A DNA stretch of 64,000 nucleotides from an uncultured Acidimicrobiaceae bacterium (lineage in GTDB: Bacteria > Actinomycetota > Acidimicrobiia > Acidimicrobiales > RAAP-2), in NCBI GenBank assembly GCA_963755655.1, contig CAVWKX010000002.1:44837-108836 (forward strand), given 5' to 3'. The position numbers were made by a program, and so were the translations under genes. Of the stretch, positions 9,020-18,118 are shown one piece after another. The notes beneath the pieces were generated by a model. The model did no database searches. It was not told the origin of the DNA and worked only from the letters and a program-made list of their open reading frames with translations. Position 1 is the first letter of the stretch. The number at the start of each line of letters is the position of its first letter.

Positions 9020-10219
9020 ATGCCAAGAGTCTTGGATTTCCCTATCTTCGATGCCGACAACCACTTCTACGAGACCAGGGACTCGTTCACCCGACACCTC
9101 CCTGATCGCTACAAGGGAGCCATCGACTACGTCGACCTGCGGGGTCGGACCAAGATCATGATCCGCGGCACCGTGAGCGAGTACATACCGAACCCGACCT
9201 TCGAGGTCGTGGCGAAGCCAGGCGCTCAGGAGGAGTACTTCCGGAACGGCAATCCCGAGGGCAGGTCCTACAGGGAGATCATCGGAGAGCCGATGCGGGC
9301 CATCCCGGCATTTCACCACCCGGAGCCCCGTGTCGAGGTGATGAACGAGCTCGGCGTCGACCGGTCGCTCATGTTCCCCACGCTGGCGAGCCTGCTGGAA
9401 GAGCGCATGCGCGACGACCCTGAGCTGACGCATGCCGCGATCCACTCCCTGAACGAGTGGATGTACGAGGAATGGACCTTCAACTACGAGGATCGGATCT
9501 TTGCGACGCCTGTCATCACGCTCCCGATCGTCGAGAAGGCGATCGAAGAGCTCGAGTGGGTACTGGAGCGAGGGGCGAAGACCGTACTCATCCGCCCCGC
9601 GCCCGTACCGGGTTTCCGCGGCTCACGCTCATTCGGCTATCCCGAGTTCGATCCCTTCTGGCAGGCAGTTGTGGACGCCGACATCCTCGTGTCGATGCAC
9701 TCCTCCGACAGCGGCTACACGCGCTACACGAACGACTGGACCGGGCCGAGCGAGATGCTGCCCTTCAAGCTCGACTCGTTCCGCTATATGACCGGCGGCC
9801 ACCGCCCGATTCAGGACACCATGGCAGCGTTCGTCTGTCACGGGGTGTTCGCCCGCTTCCCGGATCTCAGGATCGCCTCCATCGAGGCAGGCGGGGAATG
9901 GATCAGGGCGTTCGTCAACCACCTCGGCGACACCCACAAGAAGATGCCGAACGCCTTCGACGGCGACCCGGTGGAGCAGTTCAAGCACAACGTCTACGTG
10001 AGCCCGTTCCACGAGGACGACCTCGGGGAGATCATCGACGTCATCGGAGCGGACCACGTCCTCTTCGGGTCCGACTACCCACACCCCGAGGGCCTGGCCG
10101 AGCCGTGCAGCTACATCGACCACCTGCCGGAAGGACTCGCCGACGACGACGTGCGGAAGATCATGGGCGGCAACCTGGCCCGGATCATGCGGGTCGAGCA
10201 GGCCGCCGCGGCGGTCTGA
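9020..10219 (+). CDS. amidohydrolase-2 family protein (FDADNH-type N-terminus)
   Basis: 399 aa from ATG 9020 (MPRVLDFPIFDADNHFYE...). Close paralog of 56580..57782. GSDYPHPEG motif lies near the C-terminus. Confidence 0.85.
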   Translation: MPRVLDFPIFDADNHFYETRDSFTRHLPDRYKGAIDYVDLRGRTKIMIRGTVSEYIPNPTFEVVAKPGAQEEYFRNGNPEGRSYREIIGEPMRAIPAFHHPEPRVEVMNELGVDRSLMFPTLASLLEERMRDDPELTHAAIHSLNEWMYEEWTFNYEDRIFATPVITLPIVEKAIEELEWVLERGAKTVLIRPAPVPGFRGSRSFGYPEFDPFWQAVVDADILVSMHSSDSGYTRYTNDWTGPSEMLPFKLDSFRYMTGGHRPIQDTMAAFVCHGVFARFPDLRIASIEAGGEWIRAFVNHLGDTHKKMPNAFDGDPVEQFKHNVYVSPFHEDDLGEIIDVIGADHVLFGSDYPHPEGLAEPCSYIDHLPEGLADDDVRKIMGGNLARIMRVEQAAAAV

Positions 10220-10335
10220 TTCGGCTCAGCCCGCTGCACTCCCGTCCATTGCGCCCGATCGGGCGCCGACAAGGTGCAGCGAAGAGTTTCTAACAGTAGG
10301 GTCACTCCCCGAATGATTCGCCAAGGAGCCGCCAC

Positions 10336-11244
10336 ATGAGCGATTACAAGTTCGTCACGTACGAGAAGCTGGACTCGGGGAAGGTGGCGCGCATCATGCT
10401 CAACCGCCCCGAGGCACGAAACGCCCAGAACCGGGGCCTCCTGGTCGACCTGAACGACGCGTTCATGGAGGCGGAGGCGGACGACGAGGTCCGAGTCGTC
10501 ATTCTGGGCGGCATGGGCCCGATGTTCTCCTCTGGGCACGACATGGGCTCGAAGGTCTCCATGGAGGAAGGCATGCCGGGGCCGAACCAGCACTACACGA
10601 GGAAGATCAACGGTGCGACGCGCAAGGGTGCCGAGAGCCTCATGCTCCAGGAGTGGCACTACTACTTCGAGAACACGCGGCGGTGGCGCAATCTCCGCAA
10701 AATCACCATCGGACAGGCGCACGGGGATGTCTACGCCGCCGGGCTGATGCTCCTTTGGGCGTGCGACCTCATCGTGTGCGCCGAAGGCACCCGCTTCGCC
10801 GATGTCGTTGGCACCCGGCTCGGCATGTGCGGTACCGAGTACTTCGCCCACCCGTGGGAGTTCGGACCGCGCAAGGCCAAGGAGCTCCTCCTGACGGGCG
10901 ATTCGATCAGTGGCGAGGAGGCGTACGGCCTGGGCATGGTCAGCAAGATCTTCCCGGCCGACGATCTGACCGAGCGGACCCTGGAGTTCGCCGAGCGGAT
11001 CGCCGTGCTGCCGTCGGTGACGTCGCTGCTCGTCAAGGAGGCGGTCAACCAGAGCGTGGACAACATGGGCTTCTACAACGCGTTGAACGCCTGCTTCACG
11101 TTGCACGAGCTCAACCACTCCCACTGGGCGCAGGTCAACGACGACGGCTACCCCGTCGCCAAGGAGGACAGCGGACTCCCGAACTGGAAGGACGCACCCC
11201 CGATCGTGCCGGCGGTGAAGGACAAGGTTCGCGCCGACTCTTGA
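10336..11244 (+). CDS. enoyl-CoA hydratase/isomerase family protein
   Basis: 302 aa with AAGGAG upstream. Crotonase-fold motifs ARIMLNRPEARNAQN and VVILGGMGPMFSSGHD. Confidence 0.85.
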   Translation: MSDYKFVTYEKLDSGKVARIMLNRPEARNAQNRGLLVDLNDAFMEAEADDEVRVVILGGMGPMFSSGHDMGSKVSMEEGMPGPNQHYTRKINGATRKGAESLMLQEWHYYFENTRRWRNLRKITIGQAHGDVYAAGLMLLWACDLIVCAEGTRFADVVGTRLGMCGTEYFAHPWEFGPRKAKELLLTGDSISGEEAYGLGMVSKIFPADDLTERTLEFAERIAVLPSVTSLLVKEAVNQSVDNMGFYNALNACFTLHELNHSHWAQVNDDGYPVAKEDSGLPNWKDAPPIVPAVKDKVRADS

Positions 11245-11281
11245 CGGGGCGCCATCGCCCGCTGAGGGTGGCCGGCCGCAT

Positions 11282-11297
11282 CACGTGCATACACGTG
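11282..11297. promoter_or_regulatory. near-palindrome CACGTGCATACACGTG upstream of the tandem TetR gene
   Basis: Two CACGTG palindromes 10 bp apart, with 14 of 16 positions self-complementary. Lies 23 nt upstream of ATG 11320. Confidence 0.4.
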
Positions 11298-11319
11298 CGG
11301 GCACAGCGACCGTCGTGAC

Positions 11320-12651
11320 ATGACGGCACGCGATGTTGCGTCGCCGGTGGCGGAGCGCGCCGATGCCGAACCCGTCACACGCCGGGCTCCCTTCTCGGAC
11401 AATCCGCGGGTGGGCGCGCGCGGGCAGCGGACCAGGCAGCGCATTCTCGATGCGGCGCTGCAGCTGTTCGGTGAGGAAGGCTTCCACCAGTGCAGTATCG
11501 CTCGCATCAGCGAACTGGCCAGCTGCTCGAGAGTCTCCTTCTACCAGTACTTCTCGGGGAAGGAGGATGTCTTCAGCAGCCTGGCCGGCCAGGTCGCCCG
11601 GCAAATCAGCGCATCGACGGAGGCCATCCACCCGCTGACGCCGGACACCGCCGGATGGGATTGTCTGCGGGCATGGGTCGGCCGCTACGGCGACATCCAT
11701 GCACGCTACGGTCCGATCTTCCAGGCGTTTCCGTCGACGTTCGAAGGTGACGAAGAGCTGACCGCAGCGGCGATGCGCGTGAGGGATGAGAGCGTGGCCC
11801 GGATTCGCTCCAAATTGTCGACCAGCGATCTGCCGCCGCGCCAACTCGATCCGCTGATCGCGCTGTTGCTGGCCAGTCTCGCCAGGACGCTCGATGACGC
11901 CGACACCCTTCGGGCGGCCGCGCCGGAGGCGTATCCGCGGGAACGGGTCGAGCTCGCCTTCACCAACGTGATGTACCGCTCGCTCTTCGGGAATGATCCC
12001 GTCGACGTGCTTGCGAAACACAGCACCCGTCCGCCCCGGGTGGAGTTCGGGCCGGACGTCGGCGCCATGATGCAGAAAGAAGAGGCGATTCGGGTTGGGA
12101 CCGACAAGCGCGCGGCGCTCAGGGCACTGGTAGAGAACGGCCGTGACGTGTTCGTGCAGCGCGGCTATCACGCCACCCGCGTGGACGACCTGGCTGCCGC
12201 CGCCGGCGTCTCCCACGGCGTCTTCTACCGTTACTTCGAGAACAAGAACGAACTGGCCATCGTCCTCACGGTGCGGGCGATGCGGTCCGTCAGCGACACC
12301 TTCGTGGGGATCCCCGACCTGAGGACTCCCAACGGCGCGGAGCTCCGCCGCTGGTTCCGGCGCTACAACGCCGCGCAATCGGGTGAGGCGGCGATGATCC
12401 GCGTCTGGGTCGACGCTGCCCTGGAGGACGCCAGGATGCGGTCGCTGTCCGCCGCCGCCCTGGACTGGGGGCGCCGGCGCATGGTGCGGATCCTCGGAGG
12501 GGGCGGGGCCGGCGGTGATGTCGATATCGAAGCGGTGGTGATGGTGGCCCTCCTGGGCGCCTTCGGGTCGCAGCCGAGAAGCGCCGCCATGGTCGACGCG
12601 GCGGCCAACATCGTGGAGCGCGGACTGATCAGTTCTCCCGGCGAGCGCTGA
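11320..12651 (+). CDS. tandem-domain TetR family regulator (two TetR modules in one chain)
   Basis: 443 aa with two HTH signatures: IARISELASCSRVSFYQYF near the N-terminus and VDDLAAAAGVSHGVFYRYF around residue 290. Confidence 0.85.
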   Translation: MTARDVASPVAERADAEPVTRRAPFSDNPRVGARGQRTRQRILDAALQLFGEEGFHQCSIARISELASCSRVSFYQYFSGKEDVFSSLAGQVARQISASTEAIHPLTPDTAGWDCLRAWVGRYGDIHARYGPIFQAFPSTFEGDEELTAAAMRVRDESVARIRSKLSTSDLPPRQLDPLIALLLASLARTLDDADTLRAAAPEAYPRERVELAFTNVMYRSLFGNDPVDVLAKHSTRPPRVEFGPDVGAMMQKEEAIRVGTDKRAALRALVENGRDVFVQRGYHATRVDDLAAAAGVSHGVFYRYFENKNELAIVLTVRAMRSVSDTFVGIPDLRTPNGAELRRWFRRYNAAQSGEAAMIRVWVDAALEDARMRSLSAAALDWGRRRMVRILGGGGAGGDVDIEAVVMVALLGAFGSQPRSAAMVDAAANIVERGLISSPGER

Positions 12652-12752
12652 GGGATCGAGGCCCGGGCTGTGGCTCGAGGAATACACATATCCCCAGTTC
12701 AACGGGCATTTCGTCCGCCGTGCACGGGTACGTCCGCATCGTTAGTATCTGA

Positions 12753-12773
12753 ATCGACGTCGATGTCAGAAAT
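12753..12773. promoter_or_regulatory. operator-like ATCGACGTCGATGTCAGAAAT upstream of livHM
   Basis: Contains the 12-bp perfect palindrome ATCGACGTCGAT. 17 of 21 positions are identical to 8983-9003. Confidence 0.45.
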
Positions 12774-12811
12774 GCCCGGCGGAACCGGCCGGTAGGGAGG
12801 GGTCCGTAGGA

Positions 12812-14818
12812 ATGCTCCAATTCGTGATCGCCGGTCTGGTGCTGGGAGGGATCTACGCGATCTGCTCCGCCGGCCTGGTCATCACGTACACGGCGTCCGG
12901 CATCCTCAACTTCGCCTTCGGTGCCATGGCGTACTTCATCGCCCGCTTCTACTACTTCCTCAACACCCAGCACGGCTGGTCCATCCTTCCCGCCGCCGTT
13001 CTCTCCATCGTCGTGGCCTCGCCCGCGTTGGGGGTGTTCCTCTACTTCGTTCTGTTCCGCCACCTGCGCCTGTCCTCGCCCATGATCAAGGTGGTGGCGA
13101 CGATCGGCCTGTTGGTGGCCATCCCGTCCATTGCCACGTTGATCTTCGGCAACCAGGCCATTCAAGCGGCCCCCGGTCTGGCTCCGCAGCCGGTTGCCGT
13201 GTACCAGGTCTTCGGCGTCGCGGTCACGCTCGATCAGGTCATCGTCTACGCCTGCGTGTTCGTGACCGTGGTCGCCGGCGCGCTGATCCTGCGCTTCACC
13301 GACGTCGGCCTCAAGGTCAGAGCGATGGTCGACTCCCCGGCGATGACCGACCTCTCGGGTGCGAATCCGAATTCCATCTCCATCGGGGTCTGGGCCGTCA
13401 GCACCTTGTTCGCGGGCTTGGCCGGTGTGCTGGCGGCACCGATCGTCGGGCTGGACCCCGACAAGTTCACGGTGCTCATTGCCGCATCGTTCGCTGCCGT
13501 GGTCGCCGCCCGGCTGCGCAACCTTCCGGTGGCGGTGGGCGTGGCGCTCCTGATGGGCATAGCCACCTCCCTCATTGAGGGATATCTCCCGCCCTCGAGC
13601 TCCTGGACGACGGAGTTCATCGACGCGGTTCCTTTCATCGTCGTCGCGATCGTGCTCGTGTACGAGCTCATCCGCCGGGGCCGGGTGGGCGAGTCGGACG
13701 GGTGGGGAGGGGCGCTCGATCGCGCCATCACACCGCAGGGTGAGAGCCGTCTGGCCGGATCAACCAGCAGCGTCGTCGAGTCGGCTTCGCTCGGCTTCTT
13801 TGGCAAGTACGGCGGGCCCGTGCTCCTCATCGCCGCGGTCGGCGTCGTCCCCCTCATCGTGCAGGGCTACTGGGTGGGCGTGATCGGAGCAGGCTTCGCC
13901 TACGCCGTGATCCTGCTGTCGTGGACGGTCGTCACCGGAGAGGGCGGCATGCTCTGGCTCTGCCAGATCACCTTCGCCGGCGTCGGGGCCCTGACCACGG
14001 CCCAACTGGCCAACAACCACGGGTGGCCCGTGCTGCTGGCTGTCGTCGCCGGTGGCGTCATCGCGCTGCTCATGGGCATTGTCGTGGGTCTCTTGAGCAT
14101 CCGTCTGGGCGATCTGTATGTCGCCCTGGTGACCCTGACCTTCGGGCTCCTGATGGAGAACCTCGTGTTCACGCTGCCCAGCTTCGTGAACCAGGGCTTG
14201 GGGCTCACCCTCAACCGGCCCGGCTTCGCCACCTCCGACCGCGCCTTCGCCTACCTGTGTCTGGCCGTGTTCGTCATCATTGCGCTCTTCATCGTCAATT
14301 TCCGAAGATCGACCACGGGTCTCGCGCTCAACGCAGCGCGATGGAGCGAGGCGGGCGCCAAGACCTCAGGGATCAGCGTCGTGCAGATGAAGGTCATCGC
14401 CGGTGCGTTGGCGGCGGGCATCGCGGGCATCGGCGGAGGACTGTTCGCCCTGTCACAGACGACGTTCCAGCCCAGCGAGTTCGCCACGTTCGAGGGTGTC
14501 GTCTGGCTGGCCGTCCTGGTGACGATCGGGGTGCGCTCGAACGCGGCCGCGCTGCTGGGCGGGGTGTCGCTCTCGCTGCTCCCCGCCGTCACCCAGAACT
14601 ACCTCCCGACATGGACGTCAAACGTCACGCCGGTGCTCTTCGGGCTCGGCGCGGTGTCGGCGGCCAAGTATCCCGACGGCGTCCTCGCCGAGCAGAGCCG
14701 GCGCCTGCGCAGCCTGATCCTTCGCGTGCGACCGCCGCAGGAGATAACCGAGACGGTCGACCTGAGCCCTCCGACCGCTGACGTCGCTCAGCCCGCCATG
14801 GCGGAGCACATCTCGTGA
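12812..14818 (+). CDS. branched-chain amino acid ABC transporter permease, fused LivH-LivM
   Basis: 668 aa and hydrophobic throughout. The N-terminal half is LivH-like (MLQFVIAGLVLGGIYA...) and the C-terminal half is LivM-like. GGGAGG RBS upstream. Confidence 0.85.
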   Translation: MLQFVIAGLVLGGIYAICSAGLVITYTASGILNFAFGAMAYFIARFYYFLNTQHGWSILPAAVLSIVVASPALGVFLYFVLFRHLRLSSPMIKVVATIGLLVAIPSIATLIFGNQAIQAAPGLAPQPVAVYQVFGVAVTLDQVIVYACVFVTVVAGALILRFTDVGLKVRAMVDSPAMTDLSGANPNSISIGVWAVSTLFAGLAGVLAAPIVGLDPDKFTVLIAASFAAVVAARLRNLPVAVGVALLMGIATSLIEGYLPPSSSWTTEFIDAVPFIVVAIVLVYELIRRGRVGESDGWGGALDRAITPQGESRLAGSTSSVVESASLGFFGKYGGPVLLIAAVGVVPLIVQGYWVGVIGAGFAYAVILLSWTVVTGEGGMLWLCQITFAGVGALTTAQLANNHGWPVLLAVVAGGVIALLMGIVVGLLSIRLGDLYVALVTLTFGLLMENLVFTLPSFVNQGLGLTLNRPGFATSDRAFAYLCLAVFVIIALFIVNFRRSTTGLALNAARWSEAGAKTSGISVVQMKVIAGALAAGIAGIGGGLFALSQTTFQPSEFATFEGVVWLAVLVTIGVRSNAAALLGGVSLSLLPAVTQNYLPTWTSNVTPVLFGLGAVSAAKYPDGVLAEQSRRLRSLILRVRPPQEITETVDLSPPTADVAQPAMAEHIS

Positions 14819-15692
14819 CGTTGGCCCCCAGTGCGGCACCCCTGCCAGGTACGGTGGCCGGGTTAAGTGAGCCCGCCCTTTCGGCCAGTGAGGTCACCGT
14901 CCGCTTCGGCGGGCTGACTGCACTCTCGGGGGTGAGTGTCGAGGTCCAGCCCGGGAGCATCGCGGGCCTGGTCGGGCCGAACGGCGCCGGGAAATCGACG
15001 CTCCTCGCTGTGCTGTCCGGCCTCCTGCGGCCCAATGGGGGACGTGTGCGCCTCCACGGCGAAGACGTCACGACGACGTCGTGCCGGGGCGCGCCAAGAA
15101 GGGCTTGGCCCGGACGTTCCAGCAGCCCGAGCTCTTCCTGGGACTCACCGTGCGCGAGCACCTGGTGTTGGCGCACAGGGCCCGAGTCGCCCCGCAGCGG
15201 CTGTGGCGCGACATGCTCGACCCCCGCTCGTTGCTGCCACCCTCCAAGGACGAGAACGAACGGGTGGACGCCCTGCTCGAGCAGCTGCACCTGACCAGGG
15301 TGGAGAAGGCGCCGGTGGCGGCCCTGCCTCTGGGCATTCTGCGCCTCGTCGAGGTGGGTCGGGCGCTGGCCAGCGAACCCAGCGTGCTTCTGCTCGACGA
15401 GCCGCTGTCGGGACTCGACATCAAGGCGTCGGAGAACCTGCTGGCCGTGTTCCGCCAGATCGTCGATCAACCGGGGCGCCAGGTCTCGCTCATCATGGTG
15501 GAGCACGACGTGGCGGCGGTGCTCTCGCTCTCCGACATCGTGTTTGTCCTCGACTTCGGCGAGCGCATTGCCGTCGGGACCCCGGAGGTGATCCGCAACG
15601 ATCCTGCGGTGCGGGCCGCGTACCTGGGCGACACCGAGGCGGCATCAGGTCCGCCCGCCGAGCCGGCCCCGGCCGACGGAGACTCGGCATGA
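14815..15692 (+). pseudogene. livG: LivG-type ABC ATPase interrupted by one frameshift near 15075-15085
   Basis: Track ORF 14815..15294 carries Walker A GPNGAGKST. Track ORF 15081..15692 continues with GLARTFQQPELF...LLLDEPLSGL in another frame. Confidence 0.8.
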
Positions 15693-16438
15693 CCGAATCC
15701 CTCTTGACCGTCGAGAACCTCGACGTCCGCTATGGATCGTCCCGCGCGCTGTTCGGCGTGTCCCTCGCTGTCGAACCGGGCACCGTGCTGGCCGTGCTGG
15801 GCGCCAACGGCGCCGGCAAGAGCACGTTGGCGCGCGCCGTCTCCGGGTTGGTCCCGCCGACTGCGGGACGGGTCGTCTTCGACGGCCAGGACATCACCGG
15901 ACAACCGGCGCATCGCATCAGAAAGCTCGGATTGACGTACATCCCCGAGGGCCGCGGCATCTTCCCGGGGCTGACCGTCGTCGACAACCTGCGCATGGCT
16001 GTCGGACAGGAGAAGCGGCACGAGCGCGCCGCGGCCATCGATCGCGCCATCGAGCGCTTCCCGGTGCTCGGGGAACGCCGGACGCAGCGCGCCGGGAGCC
16101 TCTCCGGTGGCGAGCAGCAGATGCTGGCCCTGGCCCGGGCGCTGGCCGTGTCACCGAAGCTCGTCATCGCTGACGAGATGTCGCTCGGCCTGGCCCCGAT
16201 CGTCACCGAGTCGGTCTTCCAGGCCCTGGAGGAGGCCCGCCGGACGGGCATCACGATCGTGCTCACCGAGCAGTTCGTGCACCGGGCACTGGCCATGGCG
16301 GATGCCTGTGTCGTCCTGATGCGCGGACAAGTTGGTTGGTACGGCCCGGCCTCGGAGGCCGGGCAGGAGGTCATCGACCGGTATCTCGGCGATGCCGAGC
16401 CGGCGACCCCCGCCCATATGGGCAGCCAGCTACCGTAA
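15689..16438 (+). CDS. livF: LivF-type ABC ATPase
   Basis: ATG 15689 overlaps the livG stop (ATGA). Motifs GANGAGKST, LSGGEQQML and VIADEMSLGLAP. Confidence 0.9.
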   Translation: MTESLLTVENLDVRYGSSRALFGVSLAVEPGTVLAVLGANGAGKSTLARAVSGLVPPTAGRVVFDGQDITGQPAHRIRKLGLTYIPEGRGIFPGLTVVDNLRMAVGQEKRHERAAAIDRAIERFPVLGERRTQRAGSLSGGEQQMLALARALAVSPKLVIADEMSLGLAPIVTESVFQALEEARRTGITIVLTEQFVHRALAMADACVVLMRGQVGWYGPASEAGQEVIDRYLGDAEPATPAHMGSQLP

Positions 16439-16459
16439 CGACTGTTCGGTGCACTGAGC

Positions 16460-16485
16460 GGGCGCTCGCCCGTGGCGGCGAGCCC
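16460..16485. terminator. GC-rich stem-loop between convergent livF and the enoyl-CoA hydratase gene
   Basis: GGG(C)GCTCGCC-cgtggc-GGCGAGCCC gives about 9 bp with one bulge. Confidence 0.35.
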
Positions 16486-16491
16486 TCACGG

Positions 16492-17334
16492 TCAGCTCCT
16501 CAACGGAGGCGCCACTCCGGGCGGACCGACTCGAAGGCCTCTTGGCCCTCGGCGATGTCCTCGAACCGCGTTACCGAGCGCGACGTAGGTCGAGACCTGA
16601 GAGAGGGCCTCGCGGCGCCCCACCTCGTGGGTCATCCAGATCGCCCGCAAGGTGCCCTGAATCGCCAGGACCGGTGCCGACGCGATCGCCCGCGCCACCC
16701 ACATGGCCCTCTCCATGAGTTCGGCCGCCGGCACGACCTCCGAGACGAGACCCATCTGGTGAGCTCGCTCCGCCGACATGCGCTCCCAGGCCCCGAGGAG
16801 CATGAGTCGAAGGACTTCGCCCAGTGGCAGTTTCTGCAAGAGGTGGGTCGACTCGAAACCCGCCACCATCCCGTAGGTCACGTGGGGATCGAAGAAGGTC
16901 GCATGCTCAGCCGCCACAATGACGTCCGACTCGCCCAGCAGGTAGAGCGCCCCACCACAGGCCATGCCGTTCACGGCGGTGACGATCGGCTTCCAGAGAT
17001 CGTTGGTCTTCGGGTTGATGTTGATCCCGGGGTCGTTGTACATGAACGGCGTCGAGACCGGCCCCGTCGACCCGTGCATTCTGTCGACGTTCTCGTCGTT
17101 GAAGAGGTAGTCATCGGCAATCCCCTCGTCCCGATCGATCCCCGAGCAGAAGGCCTTCTGGCCGGCCCCGGTGAGGACGACCACCCGGACATCGTCGTTC
17201 GAGCGGAGGCCTCGCCACACGTCCCGAAGCTCCGCCTGCATCTGTTGGTTGAATGCGTTGAGCACTTCCGGACGATTCAGGGTGACGACGGCAACGCCGT
17301 CATTCTCTTCGTACAGCAGCGTCTCGAACTTCAT
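16492..17334 (-). CDS. enoyl-CoA hydratase; the C-terminal ~20 codons appear frameshifted
   Basis: ATG 17334 (MKFETLLYEENDGVAVVTLNRPEVLNAF). Near 16560 the family-typical tail FEDIAEGQEAFESVRPEWRLR* lies in another frame and ends at 16500. Confidence 0.8.
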   Translation of the reverse strand: MKFETLLYEENDGVAVVTLNRPEVLNAFNQQMQAELRDVWRGLRSNDDVRVVVLTGAGQKAFCSGIDRDEGIADDYLFNDENVDRMHGSTGPVSTPFMYNDPGININPKTNDLWKPIVTAVNGMACGGALYLLGESDVIVAAEHATFFDPHVTYGMVAGFESTHLLQKLPLGEVLRLMLLGAWERMSAERAHQMGLVSEVVPAAELMERAMWVARAIASAPVLAIQGTLRAIWMTHEVGRREALSQVSTYVALGNAVRGHRRGPRGLRVGPPGVAPPLRS

Positions 17335-17354
17335 GCAAGGCTCCCTTTTTCCCT

Positions 17355-17376
17355 GTGCATCCAGTGGCGGATGCAC
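17355..17376. promoter_or_regulatory. inverted repeat GTGCATCC-n6-GGATGCAC upstream of the hydratase gene
   Basis: Perfect 8-bp arms, located 21 nt upstream of ATG 17334. Confidence 0.3.
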
Positions 17377-17444
17377 CCGGGACAGCGCGGGCACCACACT
17401 AGCGACGGCGTCTCACCAGCTCCGGTGGGATGGGATGGGATGCG

Positions 17445-18059
17445 TCAATCGGCGGCGGGCAGGTCGTGGATGACGGACACCTTCTGGTCGTCGAAGCTCA
17501 GCAGGTGTCGCAGCGGGGCCGACTCGGGCGACGGGTCTTCGTAACTCCACGCAATGTCGGCCAGCTCGACTCCGTCGACCGCGGCGTTCCAGTACGTCGC
17601 GGTGCCCTTGTACGGGCAATAGGTGCGCGTCGCGCTCTCGGTCAATTCGGCGCGTACATGCCCGCGGTCCACATACAGGCGGGGCTCGAGGGCCGTCTCG
17701 TAGACGACCATCGTCTCGGTCGTGTCGACCAGGGTGGTGCCGGCGGCCTCGACGCGCAGCAGGCGATGCGAACGCAGGCTGTCCACGCGGTGGTACGGGT
17801 TCCGGACATGCCCGAACATCTGCTCGTTCTCCTCGAACCAGGCGTCGACGGCATCCCACGGCACTGTCACGAACCCGGGGGCTTCCTCGCAGTCGTCGGT
17901 CGGAGCCCCGTCGACATCGCCGGCGGGGAAGGCCAAGGCCGGTGGTCGGCCAGGACGGTGCAGCAGGAGGGCCCGCTCGCTCTCGACGACGGTCCCGCCG
18001 TCCTTGGTCGCCGTGACGCGCCGGCGGAACGGCTCGATGTACGAGACCCTCTCGGGCAT
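17445..18059 (-). CDS. DUF427 domain protein
   Basis: 204 aa from ATG 18059. YCPYKGTATYW motif. The track ORF extension to 18779 is run-in. Confidence 0.75.
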   Translation of the reverse strand: MPERVSYIEPFRRRVTATKDGGTVVESERALLLHRPGRPPALAFPAGDVDGAPTDDCEEAPGFVTVPWDAVDAWFEENEQMFGHVRNPYHRVDSLRSHRLLRVEAAGTTLVDTTETMVVYETALEPRLYVDRGHVRAELTESATRTYCPYKGTATYWNAAVDGVELADIAWSYEDPSPESAPLRHLLSFDDQKVSVIHDLPAAD

Positions 18060-18118
18060 GGCGGCGGTGAACCGTCCGGCGGGTTGGCCGCTGAGCGGCC
18101 CCCGTCCCGTGGTGAGGC

